Shown: positions 22,160 to 34,647, counted from the stretch's first letter. The stretch is 64,000 nucleotides of DNA from an uncultured delta proteobacterium (GCA_963796685.1 CAWCMR010000005.1:320001-384000), one strand, 5' to 3'. Notes: generated from the sequence alone by a model not told the origin. Translations and numbers: made by a program.

Positions 22160-22178
22160 ATTGATATTTGTCGATATA
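22160..22178. promoter_or_regulatory. Putative ArsR operator upstream of arsM
   Basis: ATTGAT-ATT-TGTCGATAT imperfect palindrome, similar to two copies upstream of arsR. Confidence 0.6.
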
Positions 22179-22193
22179 TGGAACAAACGAAAT

Positions 22194-22550
22194 TCAGGCG
22201 TCGAACAGCGCAACGAACTTGGCCAGGCGGGCCTGGGCGGTCTTGTCGAGGGCGTAGTAGATCCAGGTGCCGCGGCGTTCGGCCGTGACCAGACCGGCCT
22301 CGCGCAACTGGCGCAGGTGATGGGAGATGGTGGGCTGCGAGAGGTCCTTGACGTGGCTCTCGATGTCGCACACGCACAGCGCGTCTCCCGCCGCCGCCAA
22401 GAAGCCCAGGATGGCAAGCCGGGTGTCGTCGCCGAGTGCCTTGAACAGGGTCGAGAACGACGACAAATCCTTGGCCTGCTGCTTGGCGCGCGGCGAGCAG
22501 CACGCGGTCAGCTCCTTCGACAAGCTCTCGATGACGGCCAGCTTGGTCAC
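22194..22550 (-). CDS. arsR: ArsR/SmtB metalloregulator
   Basis: FKALGDDTRL, LCVCDI, LSQPTISHHL, ERRGTWIYY. Confidence 0.92.
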   Translation of the reverse strand: MTKLAVIESLSKELTACCSPRAKQQAKDLSSFSTLFKALGDDTRLAILGFLAAAGDALCVCDIESHVKDLSQPTISHHLRQLREAGLVTAERRGTWIYYALDKTAQARLAKFVALFDA

Positions 22551-22568
22551 GTGGAGAGACTGACTCGA

Positions 22569-22606
22569 ATATCGATGTTTGTCAATATAGATGTATGTCG
22601 ATATAT
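22569..22606. promoter_or_regulatory. Two tandem putative ArsR operators / ars promoter
   Basis: ATCGAT-GTT-TGTCAATAT overlapping ATAGAT-GTA-TGTCGATAT. Confidence 0.6.
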
Positions 22607-22668
22607 TTCGAGCGCCCGCGGCGGGATGCGGCGTGCGGAGCTTCGCGAACAAGGATAAGTAAAGGACC

Positions 22669-24378
22669 ATGATCGAACGTGACACCATGAAAGCGGGCGT
22701 CGTCTTCGTCGGCGGCGGCCCGGCCGGACTCTCCGGCGCCCTGCACCTGACCAACCTCATCGCCAAGCACAACGCGGCGGTGGGCAAGGGCGAAAAAGTC
22801 GGTAAGCCCATCAATGAGGAGACCCTGGGCGTGGACATGGTCGTCGCGGTCATCGAGAAGGCGGCCAACCTGGGCGATCACATCCTCTCGGGCGCGGTCA
22901 TCGAGCCCAAGGCGCTGGCCGAGCTGATCCCGGACTTCAAGGCCAAGGGTGCGCCCATCGAGGGCGAGGTCAAGAGCGAGGGCGTCTACTTCTTCACCAA
23001 GAGCCACGCCTTCAAGCTCCCTGTGGTGCCTCCGCAGATGAACAACCACGGCAACCTCATCGTGGCGCTGGGCAAGCTGGTGAAGTGGCTGGGCGAGCAG
23101 CTCTCCGCCGCCGGCGTGGACGCGCTCACGACATTTGCGGCCCAAGAGGTGCTGGTCGAAGGCAACAAGGTCGTCGGCGTCCAGCTCGGCGACAAGGGCG
23201 TCAACCCCGACGGCACGCCCAAGGGCATCTTCGAGGCCGGCCCCAACCTGCTGGCCAGGTGTACCGTCTTGTGCGAAGGCACGCGCGGCTCGTGCACCAA
23301 GCAACTGGTCAAGAGGCTCGCCCTCGACGAAGGACGCAATCCGCAGGCCTACGCCACCGGGGTGAAGGAAGTCTGGGAATTCGAAAAATCGCCCCTACCC
23401 GCGGGCCACATCATCCACACCATGGGCTACCCCATGGACAGCCACACCTTCGGCGGCAGCTTCATCTATGCCATGTCCAACAACCAGCTCGCCCTCGGCG
23501 TGATCACCGGGCTCGACTACCATGACCCGCTCATCGATCCACACCTGCAGTTCTGCAAATTCAAGCAGCACCCGTTCGTCAGGAAGTTGCTCGACGGCGG
23601 CAAGGTGTTCTCCTACGGGGCCAAGACCATCCCCGAGGGCGGGTACTACTCCATGCCCAAGATCGGCATGGACGGCGCGCTCCTATGCGGCGACAGCGCG
23701 GGCATGGTGGCCATGCCCAAGCTCAAGGGCGTCCACTACGCCATCAAGAGCGGCATGTTGGCCGCGGAAACCTTGTTCGAGGCGCTGACCACGAACGACT
23801 TTTCGCAGAGGCAGCTCGCCAAGTACGAGACCGCCGTGACGAATTCGTACATCGTCAAGGACATGTACCCAGCGCGCAATTTCCGCCAGCTCATGAAGGC
23901 GGGGCTGGTCGGCGGCACCATCCAGGCCGGCCTCATGACCGTCACCGGCGGGCTCTACCCACTCGACAAGATCGTCCTCGAGGAGGATCACGAGGACACC
24001 AAGAAGTTGCTCGAGGTCTATCCCCAAGGCGCGCCGACGACCACGTTCAAATACGACAACCAGGGCCTCACCTTCGACAAGCTCACCGACGTCTACCACT
24101 CGGGCGCGCGCCACGAGGAGAAGCAGCCCTGCCACCTCAAGGTCGACACCAGCCACTGCCAGCGTTGCGCCGAGGAATACGGCAACCCGTGCGAAAAATT
24201 CTGCCCCGCCAACGTCTACGTGGTGGAGCGCGACGAGACCACGGGTAAGTTCCAGAAGCTGCGCATCGATTTCTCGAACTGCGTCCACTGCAAGACGTGC
24301 GACATCAAGGATCCCTACGGCGCCATCAACTGGGTGCCCCCCGAAGGCGGCGGCGGCCCGCTGTACAAGAACCTTTAG
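22669..24378 (+). CDS. Electron-transfer flavoprotein:quinone oxidoreductase (ETF-QO/FixCX-like)
   Basis: VGGGPAGL, HILSGAV, YGAKTIPEGG, KGVHYAIKSG, 4Fe-4S motifs CPANVY and NCVHCKTCDIKDP. Confidence 0.95.
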   Translation: MIERDTMKAGVVFVGGGPAGLSGALHLTNLIAKHNAAVGKGEKVGKPINEETLGVDMVVAVIEKAANLGDHILSGAVIEPKALAELIPDFKAKGAPIEGEVKSEGVYFFTKSHAFKLPVVPPQMNNHGNLIVALGKLVKWLGEQLSAAGVDALTTFAAQEVLVEGNKVVGVQLGDKGVNPDGTPKGIFEAGPNLLARCTVLCEGTRGSCTKQLVKRLALDEGRNPQAYATGVKEVWEFEKSPLPAGHIIHTMGYPMDSHTFGGSFIYAMSNNQLALGVITGLDYHDPLIDPHLQFCKFKQHPFVRKLLDGGKVFSYGAKTIPEGGYYSMPKIGMDGALLCGDSAGMVAMPKLKGVHYAIKSGMLAAETLFEALTTNDFSQRQLAKYETAVTNSYIVKDMYPARNFRQLMKAGLVGGTIQAGLMTVTGGLYPLDKIVLEEDHEDTKKLLEVYPQGAPTTTFKYDNQGLTFDKLTDVYHSGARHEEKQPCHLKVDTSHCQRCAEEYGNPCEKFCPANVYVVERDETTGKFQKLRIDFSNCVHCKTCDIKDPYGAINWVPPEGGGGPLYKNL

Positions 24379-24393
24379 CGTCTCCGCACGCGC

Positions 24394-26233
24394 CTACCCC
24401 TCCGCCAGCATCGCCTCCAGCTCGGACCAGCGAGCGTAGAGCGCGTCCACCTCACCTTGGGCGCGCTCGATCTGCGCGATCAATTCCACCAGGCGGGTGG
24501 CGTTGCTGGCCAGCTCGGGACTGGCTTGCTCGGCTTCGAGCGCCGCCAGGCGCGCCTCGGCCGCGGCGATGCGGGCTTCCATGCTTTCGAAATCGCGCTG
24601 ATCCTTGTAACTGAGCTTGCGCCGGGACCCGCCCGCCTGCGGGCGCGCAGCCGCCGGCCTTTCGCGCACGGCCGCGGCGGCCAGCTCCCCGCGCTCGGCA
24701 GCGTACCAGGCCTCCCACTGGGAAAGCCCCACGAGGTGCGCGGCCTGTCCGCCGGGAAGCTCGGAGAACGCGAGCAGCGAGGTGCTGGTGCGATCCAGGA
24801 AATACCGATCGTGACTGACCAGCAGCACGGCCCCGTCGAAATGGATCAGGGTTTCTTCGAGCACGTCCAGCGTGGCCAGATCGAGGTCATTGGTCGGCTC
24901 GTCGAGCACCAGCACGTTCGCGGGGCGCAGCATGAGGCGCGCCAGGGCCAGGCGGCTTTGCTCGCCGCCGGAGAGTTGGCCGACGCGCAACTTGCCCTGC
25001 TCCGCGCGAAAGAGAAACCGGCCCAGGTAGCCGTTGACGTGCACCCAGGTGCCGCGAAAGTCCACCTGATCGCCGCCGGGACACAAGGTATCGATGACCG
25101 TCACGTCGGGATCCAGGCTTTCGCGCTGCTGCTCGAAATACGCGACCTGAAGGTTGTCGGCGCGAATCACCTCGCCCGCGTCCGGCGCCTCTTGCCCCAC
25201 CAGCACGCGCAGCAAGGTGGATTTGCCGCAGCCGTTTTTCCCGATGAGCCCCAGCCGGCTGCCCGGCCCGAGAAACAGGTCGATGCCGCGAAAGATCTCC
25301 TTGCCCTGGTAGGCCTTGGCGATCCCCTTGGCTTCGATGAGGCGCTTGGGCTTTCGCCCGCCGCTGCCGAAGTCCAGCGCCGCGGTGCCGGAGACGTTGC
25401 GCGCCGAGAGCTCTTCCACCGCGCCCACCAGCGCCTCGGCGCGCTGGATGCGCGCCTGCTGCTTGGTCGAGCGGGCTGGCGCGCCACGCCGCAGCCACTC
25501 GGTCTCGCGGCGCAAGGTATTGCGCAGGGAAACCTCCCGGCGCTCTTGCGCGGCCATCAACCCGTCCTTGCGTTCGAGAAAGGTGGCGTAGTCGCCGTCG
25601 ACCGACAGGAGCCCACCCTCGTTGCGGCGGTCGAGCTCCAAAATGCGATTGGCGACGCGCTGGAGAAACAGACGATCGTGGGTGACGGTGACGGTGGCGA
25701 AGGGCGCCTCGGCCAGGAACTTCTCCAGCCACAGGATGCTTTCCACGTCCAGGTGGTTGGTGGGCTCGTCGAGCAAGAGCAGCTCGGGCTCGCGCACCAG
25801 CTCGCGCGCCAGGGCCACGCGCTTGCGCCAGCCGCCGGACAAGCGCTCGACGAGCGCGTCCGTCCCGGCCTGCGGCCCGGAGAAGCTCCAGGCGGGCGAT
25901 CAGCTCATCGGCCCGCGCCGCCGCCTGCCATTGGTGATCGTGGTCGACGAGCCCGAGGGTCGGCTCCAGCACCGCCTCGCGCACGGTTTGCCCGGGTCGA
26001 AACCCGGGCACCTGCGCCACGTGGCCCACGCGCAGCCCGCGGCGCAGCGCCAGCTCGCCCTGGTCCGGCGAGTCCACGCCGGCCAGGATGCGCAGCAAAG
26101 TGGTCTTGCCCGCGCCGTTCGGGCCGATGAGCCCGATGCGCTCGCCCTCGGACAAGGTGAACCCCACGCCCTCGAACAAGGGACGCGCCGAGAAGGATTT
26201 ACCGAGATTGCGGGCCGTGGCCAGAATCGCCAT
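24394..26233 (-). CDS. uup: ABC-F ATPase (Uup-like) with one +1 frameshift at ~25883, probably a sequencing error
   Basis: Two ABC cassettes (GPNGAGKTT; LSGG, LLLDEPTNHLD; GKNGCGKST; LSGGE) and C-terminal KLSYKDQR coiled coil; the 5' part is in another frame. Confidence 0.85.
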
Positions 26234-26281
26234 GCGGCCGGGAGTATAGGGGCGAAATCGTAAAGCGCCGCCTGGCACCAG

Positions 26282-26640
26282 CTAATAATTGCACCCGTCG
26301 ATGGGCGGTTCTCCGGGGATCGGCGCCGTGCACGACAGGCACTGCATCCCAATCTTGGTGCCGGCTGCCAGCGGCCCAGCATTGATCTCCGCCCGGGTCC
26401 GCAGGACGTTTACCAGTTGACCGAGGCCTGGGCATTTCGTCGTGTCGTGGACGAGTTGCCAGCAATCGGTGGAAATCGTGTCAGGGGTCGCGCCAGCATC
26501 GCACTGGGGCAACGAAGCGGGGTTTTCCTGGTAGACGCCGTTTGCATCGAGCGTGCGGTAGGCGACGCGACAGTCTGCCTGGACGCCGGGAGTATTTGGA
26601 TCCGTGTCGATGAGCTTGTCGTTGACACCTCTTAGGGAAA
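26282..26640 (-). pseudogene. Probable C-terminal fragment of a Cys-rich secreted myxobacterial-type protein
   Basis: Plausible Cys-rich C-terminus (DTDP..PGVQADC...LPQC...CWQL...QCLSC) without a recognisable N-terminus or signal peptide. Confidence 0.4.
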
Positions 26641-27037
26641 ATCCCGCGGCACCCTGCCGCACCCAACTGGACAACGTGCCGCACCTCGGACCACTCGACG
26701 CAATTCGAGTGCGGATGCCGCAGATGGCGGATGCGGGAAATGCCTATCGAACAGGCCTGACGCTTTTCAGTGCCGACAGCCACGCGTCCTCGCCAGCGGC
26801 GAGCACGATGGTCCTGAGGTTCTCGTAGGCGACTGGGTCGTGATGCAGCTGTTGCAGTTCGCGGGAAGGGACGAGAGCTTGAACAGATCTTCGAGCAGGC
26901 GGCGCAGCGCCAAAGCAGACCATGGATGCCTGAGATCGGATGTCAATTTGGCCATTCGGGGTCACCTTTCGAGCGTTCGGGTCTTGCCTTGCGTGTCCGA
27001 TCTTGCACGTCCGGTGCCAACATTCCGGCGACGGCCC

Positions 27038-27053
27038 CGGCACAGCCAATGCA
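27038..27053 (+). promoter_or_regulatory. Putative sigma54 -24/-12 promoter for the receiver gene
   Basis: CGGCAC-N5-ATGCA; a divergent TGGCAC-N5-GTGCA lies at 27004-27019 on the minus strand. Confidence 0.45.
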
Positions 27054-27082
27054 AGGCATCCATCTTTCGAAGGAGAACCCTC

Positions 27083-27523
27083 ATGACGAATGTTTCCGAT
27101 GATCGCGAGCTGATCCCGGGCCTGGCTGTTGCGACGAGGCCACTGCCAGTATTGCGCATTGCCATCGCCGACGACGATCCTGACAGCTTGGACTTGCTGC
27201 GCTTGGCCCTCGAGAGCCCGGCGACCGCGATCTACGAAGCTGTCACCGGAATGGAATTGGCGCGATTGCTTCTGGAAAACGATCCCTTCGACCTCGTCGT
27301 GACCGATGTCCTCATGCCATGGATGGAGGGGCTGCAGGTGCTGAGCTCGGCACGAAAGGCCAAGGTCATGACGCCGGTCCTGGTCATCACCGGACTCGTA
27401 CGTCCCGATGTCCAGGACACGGTCGATCGCCTGGGCAACGCAAGACTGCTGCGCAAGCCGTTCGGAATTCCCGAGTTGCGCGCGGTCATCTCCGAGCTGA
27501 CGCGCCGACAACGACTCTCGTGA
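27083..27523 (+). CDS. Single-domain response regulator
   Basis: IAIADDD, DLVVTDVLMP, VITG, KPF; AGGAG RBS. Confidence 0.88.
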   Translation: MTNVSDDRELIPGLAVATRPLPVLRIAIADDDPDSLDLLRLALESPATAIYEAVTGMELARLLLENDPFDLVVTDVLMPWMEGLQVLSSARKAKVMTPVLVITGLVRPDVQDTVDRLGNARLLRKPFGIPELRAVISELTRRQRLS

Positions 27524-27552
27524 GCGCGCCGAGCCCGGTCAAGCGCCCGCGG

Positions 27553-28914
<1,362 letters not shown>

Positions 28915-28940
28915 ATCGTCAACCCTATCATGGGGGCCGA

Positions 28941-30281
28941 GTGACACGGACGAGACTTCGCTGGCGAGGGCTGCTCGGCACGAACGAGCCGAGCGCGGGC
29001 AGGCTGACCAGCTGGCCTGTCATCACAGCTTTTGGCCTGGTCGCACTGCTCATCGCCGGAATGATTGGGTTCGATGTGTATTTCTCCGAAGAGGAGGCGC
29101 GGCGAAACATCGATATCATCGAGAATGCCCAGCGCTCCATCATCCTGCTCAATGACATCCGCATCGACGCCAAGCGCATCACCGCCACCGGTGATGTCCA
29201 CGAAATCGATCGCTGGCTCGAAGACATCGCCGCCGATTCCCGCAGCTACGATCCCATCGCCACCTACAGGGGGGAGCGGGACGAGTGGAATCATCTTCAG
29301 GGCCTGCTGCGGCAGCTCCCGGGCAAAGCCCGCGAAAAGCCCGAGGCGACGCGCGCGCTGGAGGAAGCCATCGACACGTCCGTCAATGACCTGGTCGCCA
29401 TCAATGCCGCCGCGGGCCGGGGCAACGCCGATGCCATGCGGGCCGCGCACCGCCAGGCCATCTGGAGCGACGTCATCGTCGGGGGTATCGCGCTTGCCAT
29501 CGTGGCGGCGATTTCGCTTTGGCTCCTGCGTGCGCTCGCGCGCCAACGCCGACTGGTCCTCGAGCACGTCCGCCTTCTGGGCAAGCAAAATGCCGAGCTC
29601 GAGGCTTTCGCAGGCCGTGCCGCGCACGATCTGCGCAGCCCGATGAATCCCATCCGTGGCTACACGGATCTCATCCTCGAATGCCCCGGGCTGCCGGAAA
29701 AGGTCATCTCCATGGCGCAGCGGATTCGTCGCGCCGTCGATCGCATGGCGCGTGTGGTCGACGACATGCTCGCGCTCTCGGTTTCGGGGCGCCCACCCGA
29801 GGGTCGCTCGTCGACGGCCGTGGTGATTGCCCGCGTCCTCGAAGAGATGGGCGCGGAACTGCAAGACGTAGAGCTGACGACCAGGTTGAACGCGGGTCAA
29901 GCAGCCTGCGCCGAAGGCGTTTTGTCCCAAATCCTGCGCAACCTCATCGGCAATGCCATCAAGTTTCGCGCGCGCTCGCGGGATTTGAAGATCACCATCG
30001 AAGCCCGCGATGCTGGTCCCATGGTCGAGATCGCCATCGAAGACAATGGTATCGGGATGGATCCCGAGAACGCCAAACACGCCTTCGAGCCCTTCTACCG
30101 TGGTCTGGTCGACCGGGAAGTTCCAGGTCATGGTCTCGGCCTGGCCATCGTCGAGCGAACAACGAGAGCCCTGGGCGGAACCTGCGAGCTACGGTCGGTC
30201 CCGGACCGCAGCACGCGCATCCTGGTCCGCCTTCCAGGTGTGCGAACCGCGCACAAGACGGAGACGCGGGCTCCGCCTTGA
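28941..30281 (+). CDS. Sensor histidine kinase
   Basis: Two TM segments, AHDLRSP, NLIGNAIKF, DNGIG, GHGLGL. Confidence 0.9.
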   Translation: MTRTRLRWRGLLGTNEPSAGRLTSWPVITAFGLVALLIAGMIGFDVYFSEEEARRNIDIIENAQRSIILLNDIRIDAKRITATGDVHEIDRWLEDIAADSRSYDPIATYRGERDEWNHLQGLLRQLPGKAREKPEATRALEEAIDTSVNDLVAINAAAGRGNADAMRAAHRQAIWSDVIVGGIALAIVAAISLWLLRALARQRRLVLEHVRLLGKQNAELEAFAGRAAHDLRSPMNPIRGYTDLILECPGLPEKVISMAQRIRRAVDRMARVVDDMLALSVSGRPPEGRSSTAVVIARVLEEMGAELQDVELTTRLNAGQAACAEGVLSQILRNLIGNAIKFRARSRDLKITIEARDAGPMVEIAIEDNGIGMDPENAKHAFEPFYRGLVDREVPGHGLGLAIVERTTRALGGTCELRSVPDRSTRILVRLPGVRTAHKTETRAPP

Positions 30282-30289
30282 GCCGGTCG

Positions 30290-30682
30290 CTACGTCGAGC
30301 CTCCCAGCAACTCGCTGACGGCCTCGCGCACGGCGGACACGACAATCGGCTTTCGCAGAAGCCGGGCATTGCCAAGCCCAGCGACCTCGCCTGCAAGGCC
30401 TGGTCGCGAAATGCCGCTGAGGACCAAGACCGGCGATTGAACATCCGACCCACGCGCCGATCGGATCGCCGCAATGCCATCCATCCACGGCATGTCGATA
30501 TCGGTCACAATCAAGTCGAAAGGCCCGCGCTCGGCAAGCATCATCAGCAACTCCGCACCACTGGCAGCCTCGTAGATCGAAGTCGTCGGGCCACGCAAAA
30601 TGTCGCCAAGCAAGGCCAACGTCTCGGAATCGTCATCAGCGATCACAACTTTCGCAACCATCAACGTGTCCCGCTCGTCCAT
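30290..30682 (-). CDS. Single-domain response regulator (paralogue of 27083-27523)
   Basis: VVIADDD, PFDLIVTDIDMPWMDG, LGNARLLRKP. Confidence 0.88.
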   Translation of the reverse strand: MDERDTLMVAKVVIADDDSETLALLGDILRGPTTSIYEAASGAELLMMLAERGPFDLIVTDIDMPWMDGIAAIRSARGSDVQSPVLVLSGISRPGLAGEVAGLGNARLLRKPIVVSAVREAVSELLGGST

Positions 30683-30699
30683 GCCGATAGCTTCAGGGA

Positions 30700-30715
30700 T
30701 GCATCCGGGATGCCA
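30700..30715 (-). promoter_or_regulatory. Putative sigma54 promoter
   Basis: TGGCAT-N5-ATGCA on the minus strand upstream of the receiver gene. Confidence 0.45.
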
Positions 30716-30869
30716 GCGTTCGCGGATCGGAACGCGGTACTTTGGCGGCCGGCCGCTGGCGCAGGCATGGCCGGTGCGGCGAAGCGTAGCCTGCCCATCC
30801 TAGACAAAGCACCGCACCAGCCGCGGCGGTTTGGCGCACCCTCGGCATGGCGCCGCCAATGGGGGGCTT

Positions 30870-31856
30870 CTACCCGTTCACGTGCTGCAGAGCAGCCTCG
30901 GGATAGCGCGCGCCCGAGGCCGCACCTTTGGGCGCCACGGCGTCGATGCGAGCAAGCTCGTCGGCGGACAAGGCGATGTCGAGGGCGGCGAGGTTTTCTT
31001 CCAAGTGCGCGCGTCGGGTGGTGCCGGGAATGGGAACGATGTCTTCACCCTGGGCCAGCACCCAGGCCAGGGCCAGCTGCGCCGGCTTCACCCCCCGATC
31101 GCGCGCGATCTCGGACACCTGGTCCACCAGCGCGAGGTTCTTCTGGAAATTCTCGCCCTGAAAGCGGGGCGAAAATCGCCGGTAGTCCTTTTCAGGCAAG
31201 TCCTCCAGTCTGGCGAAGCGGCGGGTGAGGAATCCCCGGCCGAGAGGGCTGTAGGCCACGAAGGTGATGCCGAGCTCGCGCACGGTGGCCAGGAGCTCGT
31301 CTTCGGGATCGCGGGTCCACAACGAATACTCCGTTTGCAGCGCGGAGATGGGATGGACCGCGTGCGCGCGCCGAATCGTCGCCGGCGATGCCTCCGACAG
31401 CCCGAGGAAGCGCACCTTGCCGGCCTCGACGAGCCGGCTCATGGCGCCCACCGTGTCCTCGATGGGAACCTGCCGGTCCACGCGGTGCTGGTAGTAGAGA
31501 TCGATGTGGTCCACGCGCAACCGCTTCAGGCTGGCGTCGCAGCACGCACGCACGTATTCGGGGCGGCCGTTGACGCCTTGGAAGCTCCCGTCGCTGCCGC
31601 GCATGTTGCCGAACTTGGTGGCCAAGACCACCTCTTCACGCCGGCCTTTGATGCCTCGCCCGACCAGCTCTTCGTTCTTGAAGGGTCCGTACATGTCCGC
31701 GGTGTCGAGAAAGTCGAGCCCGCGGTCCAGGGCCAGCTCGAGCGTGGCCAGGGATTCCTCTTCCGAGGCGCCGGCGTAGAACTCGCTCATGCCCATGCAG
31801 CCGAGGCCGAGGGCGGACACGGACAGGTTGGAATGACCCAGTTTGCGTCGTTGCAT
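30870..31856 (-). CDS. Aldo/keto reductase
   Basis: [42 protein letters not shown]. Confidence 0.95.
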   Translation of the reverse strand: MQRRKLGHSNLSVSALGLGCMGMSEFYAGASEEESLATLELALDRGLDFLDTADMYGPFKNEELVGRGIKGRREEVVLATKFGNMRGSDGSFQGVNGRPEYVRACCDASLKRLRVDHIDLYYQHRVDRQVPIEDTVGAMSRLVEAGKVRFLGLSEASPATIRRAHAVHPISALQTEYSLWTRDPEDELLATVRELGITFVAYSPLGRGFLTRRFARLEDLPEKDYRRFSPRFQGENFQKNLALVDQVSEIARDRGVKPAQLALAWVLAQGEDIVPIPGTTRRAHLEENLAALDIALSADELARIDAVAPKGAASGARYPEAALQHVNG

Positions 31857-32012
31857 GGAAATCTCCTGTGAATCTACCCCTCTTTGGATGCTGCGGATCC
31901 GCGCAAGGGTATCAGAGCACGTCGAAGAAGTCCGCCCGCACTTCACAGGCAACCCCTTTCCATCGGCCACGCCGATCGGATAGGTTGTGCACATGGCAGC
32001 AGGAAGCGCGAC

Positions 32013-32939
32013 GTGAAATCGGGAAGCCGTCTGGAACAGGTCCTGGAGAGCGGTCAGTTCGCCGTGACCACCGAGGTCGGCGCGCCCAAGGGCTGCCTGC
32101 CGGACGTCCTGCGCAAGAAGGGCGCGCTGCTCGCCTCGTCGTGCGACGCCATCAACGTGACCGACAACCAGGCGGCCGTGGTGCGCATGTCGAGCTTCGC
32201 CGGATGTCTCCTGCTCAAGGAGACGGGAGCGGAGCCCGTGCTGCAGATGGTGGTGCGCGACCGCAATCGTCTGGCTCTGCAGAGCGACATCCTGGGCGCC
32301 GCCGCGCTCGGCATCCGCAACGTCCTTTGCCTGGCCGGGGATCACCAGCTTCTGGGCAACCATCCCGGCGCCGTCGGGGTCTACGATCTCGATGCCATCC
32401 AATTGGTTCAGACGATCAAGGTGCTGCGGGACGAGCATCGGGTCCTGGGCGGCGATGCCATCTCCGGGGACGTGCCGCTCTTCATCGGCGCGGTCACCAA
32501 CCCGTTCGCGGAGCCCGCGGACCTTCACCTGCTGACCCTGGCCAAGAAGATCCGCGCCGGGGCCGACTTCATCCAGACCCAGGCCATCTTCGATTTTTCG
32601 CGATTCGCCGCCTGGATGGACAAGGTCAGGCAGCAAGGCCTGCACGAAAAAGCGCACATCCTGGCCAGCGTGCTGCCCATCAAATCGGTCGAGATGGCGC
32701 GCCGGATGCGTGGCGGGGTTCCGGGGGTGCGCGTTCCCGACGACATCGCCCTTCGCATCGAGCGGGCCGGCGATGCGCGCGCCGAGGGCATCCGCATCTG
32801 CATCGACCTCATCGAGCAGCTCAAGAAGGTACCGGGCGTCCATGGCGTTCACATCATGGCCGTCGCCGGGGAAGACGCGGTTCCGGGCATCGTGAAGCAG
32901 GCCGGCCTTTCGCCCCGCCCGCGGCGCGATGCCGATTGA
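32013..32939 (+). CDS. metF: Methylenetetrahydrofolate reductase
   Basis: [44 protein letters not shown]. Confidence 0.85.
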   Translation: MKSGSRLEQVLESGQFAVTTEVGAPKGCLPDVLRKKGALLASSCDAINVTDNQAAVVRMSSFAGCLLLKETGAEPVLQMVVRDRNRLALQSDILGAAALGIRNVLCLAGDHQLLGNHPGAVGVYDLDAIQLVQTIKVLRDEHRVLGGDAISGDVPLFIGAVTNPFAEPADLHLLTLAKKIRAGADFIQTQAIFDFSRFAAWMDKVRQQGLHEKAHILASVLPIKSVEMARRMRGGVPGVRVPDDIALRIERAGDARAEGIRICIDLIEQLKKVPGVHGVHIMAVAGEDAVPGIVKQAGLSPRPRRDAD

Positions 32940-33051
32940 CGGGGTCGCTCGAGGATGGCGACGTGATGGCGATGAAGGCCGGGTTTCACGTGCTGGACTG
33001 AAGTGCCCCCGCCGTGCATCGCTCCCCGGGCGGTGCTATGAAGACGCGCCC

Positions 33052-33744
33052 ATGCGCCCCTGGCAGGTTCTGGAAAGCATCAAGACGAAAGAAGGCATCC
33101 TCGAGCTACGACGCCGGGGCGAGCGCGACTTTCTGATGACCATCGCAGGCCGCGTGCTGATGACCAGCCAGCACCACCGCTCCGAAGATGTTCTGGCGGA
33201 CATCGCGTGCGCGGCGCTCGCCAAGAAGAGACGTCCGCGCGTTCTGCTCGGCGGTCTTGGCATGGGCTACACCTTGCGCGCGGCCCTCGATGGGATGTCC
33301 CCCGGCGCGGCGCTTACCGTGGTCGAGCTGAACCAGAAGGTCGTCGACTGGAACCGCGGAGCCCTCGGGCCCCTGGCCAAGGCCCCCCTGACCGACCCGC
33401 GCGTGAAGGTGGTCGTGGCCGACGTGGCGCGGGTCATCGCCCAAGCGCGCGCGGGCAGCTACGACGCCATCCTGTTCGATCTGTACGAGGGGCCGCACGG
33501 CGTGGCGAACCGCGACTGGCATCCGCTCTACGGCAGCGAGGCCTTGCTGCGGACGCAAGCCGCGCTCGGTCCGGACGGCATCTTCGCGGTGTGGTCCGAA
33601 GAAGCCGATCCGCCCTTCGAAGAGCGCCTGAAGAAGAGCGGCTTCACCGTCAAACGCCACAAGAGCGGCCAAGGCGGACGCATCCACGTGGTCTACCTGG
33701 CCCAGGTCAACGCAAAGGAGTTGCGCGGTCGCGCGCCGGCGTAG
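33052..33744 (+). CDS. Spermidine-synthase-like SAM-dependent protein
   Basis: LMTS...SE, VLLGGLGMGYTL, VVEL, YDAILFD..GP. Confidence 0.8.
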   Translation: MRPWQVLESIKTKEGILELRRRGERDFLMTIAGRVLMTSQHHRSEDVLADIACAALAKKRRPRVLLGGLGMGYTLRAALDGMSPGAALTVVELNQKVVDWNRGALGPLAKAPLTDPRVKVVVADVARVIAQARAGSYDAILFDLYEGPHGVANRDWHPLYGSEALLRTQAALGPDGIFAVWSEEADPPFEERLKKSGFTVKRHKSGQGGRIHVVYLAQVNAKELRGRAPA

Positions 33745-33843
33745 TCCGGACGGATACCGCGGGCAAGCGCTGGCTTGCATTTGCGTACGCAAAACCCCAG
33801 AATGCGTCGCACTGGAGCCGGGTTGAAACCATCGGTGCCTATC

Positions 33844-34647
33844 ATGCAGACGCGATTGTCGATTGTCATCGGGGCCGCCTTGTATGCCTTCCTCGTCACG
33901 TCGCCCGCCGACGCCAAGAAGGGCGCGCGAAGTGACCAGGGCAGCGCTCGCGGCTCCGTGTTCAAGGTCGAGGTGGACAAGTCCCACGCTCTCGACGAGC
34001 ACCAGATGGTGATCCGCATGTCGCGACCGCCGGGCAAAGTTCAGCTCACGGTCAAGACCGAGGAAGGCGCGATCATCGCCGACCTGCAAGAGGACTTCAC
34101 GGGCAGGCCGGCCGGCGCGCCGCTGACCGTGAAGTGGGACCAAGACAAGGACCAACCCATCGGCTCCATCGAGCTGCGCATGTACGATCGGGACGAGCAC
34201 TACATCGACCAGGAGTACTCGGCCTGGTTCGTGCCGATCCCGCACGAAGAGGTCAACTTCCGCACCGATTCGTCCGACATCGACGCCCCCGAGGTGCCCA
34301 AGCTCGAGGCCGCCTTCGCCAAGGTGCAGGAGATTCTGTCGAAGGACAAGGCGCGCGAGCACAAGAACCTGACCCTGTATGTGATCGGACACACCGACAC
34401 CGTTGGCAACGCCGCCTACAACCTGAAGCTGTCGCAGGCGCGCGCGCAGTCGCTGGCGCGCTGGTTCCACCAGCGCGGCGTGCGCATCCCCATCGCGTAT
34501 GAAGGATTCGGCGAAACCGCGCTGAAGGTGCAGACGCCGGATCAGACCGACGAGTCACGCAACCGCCGCGCCGACTACATCCTCGCCGACGAAGCGCCGC
34601 CCATGGTGGGCACCGGCGGCTTCAAGCCGGGTTGGAAGCGGATTTAG
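33844..34647 (+). CDS. OmpA-family protein
   Basis: Signal peptide; VNFRTDS, IGHTD, NLKLSQARA, GFGE, NRRA. Confidence 0.88.
   Translation: MQTRLSIVIGAALYAFLVTSPADAKKGARSDQGSARGSVFKVEVDKSHALDEHQMVIRMSRPPGKVQLTVKTEEGAIIADLQEDFTGRPAGAPLTVKWDQDKDQPIGSIELRMYDRDEHYIDQEYSAWFVPIPHEEVNFRTDSSDIDAPEVPKLEAAFAKVQEILSKDKAREHKNLTLYVIGHTDTVGNAAYNLKLSQARAQSLARWFHQRGVRIPIAYEGFGETALKVQTPDQTDESRNRRADYILADEAPPMVGTGGFKPGWKRI

Noticed and set aside
14031-26233. Histidine kinase and ABC-F as true pseudogenes or programmed frameshifts
   Set aside because: No other decay or slippery sequence is seen, and all breaks share the GAGCTC context, so sequencing error is more likely.
31857-32852. 660-aa ORF suggesting an extended aldo/keto reductase
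   Set aside because: The extension is antisense to metF; the reductase starts at 31856 after a CAGGAG RBS.
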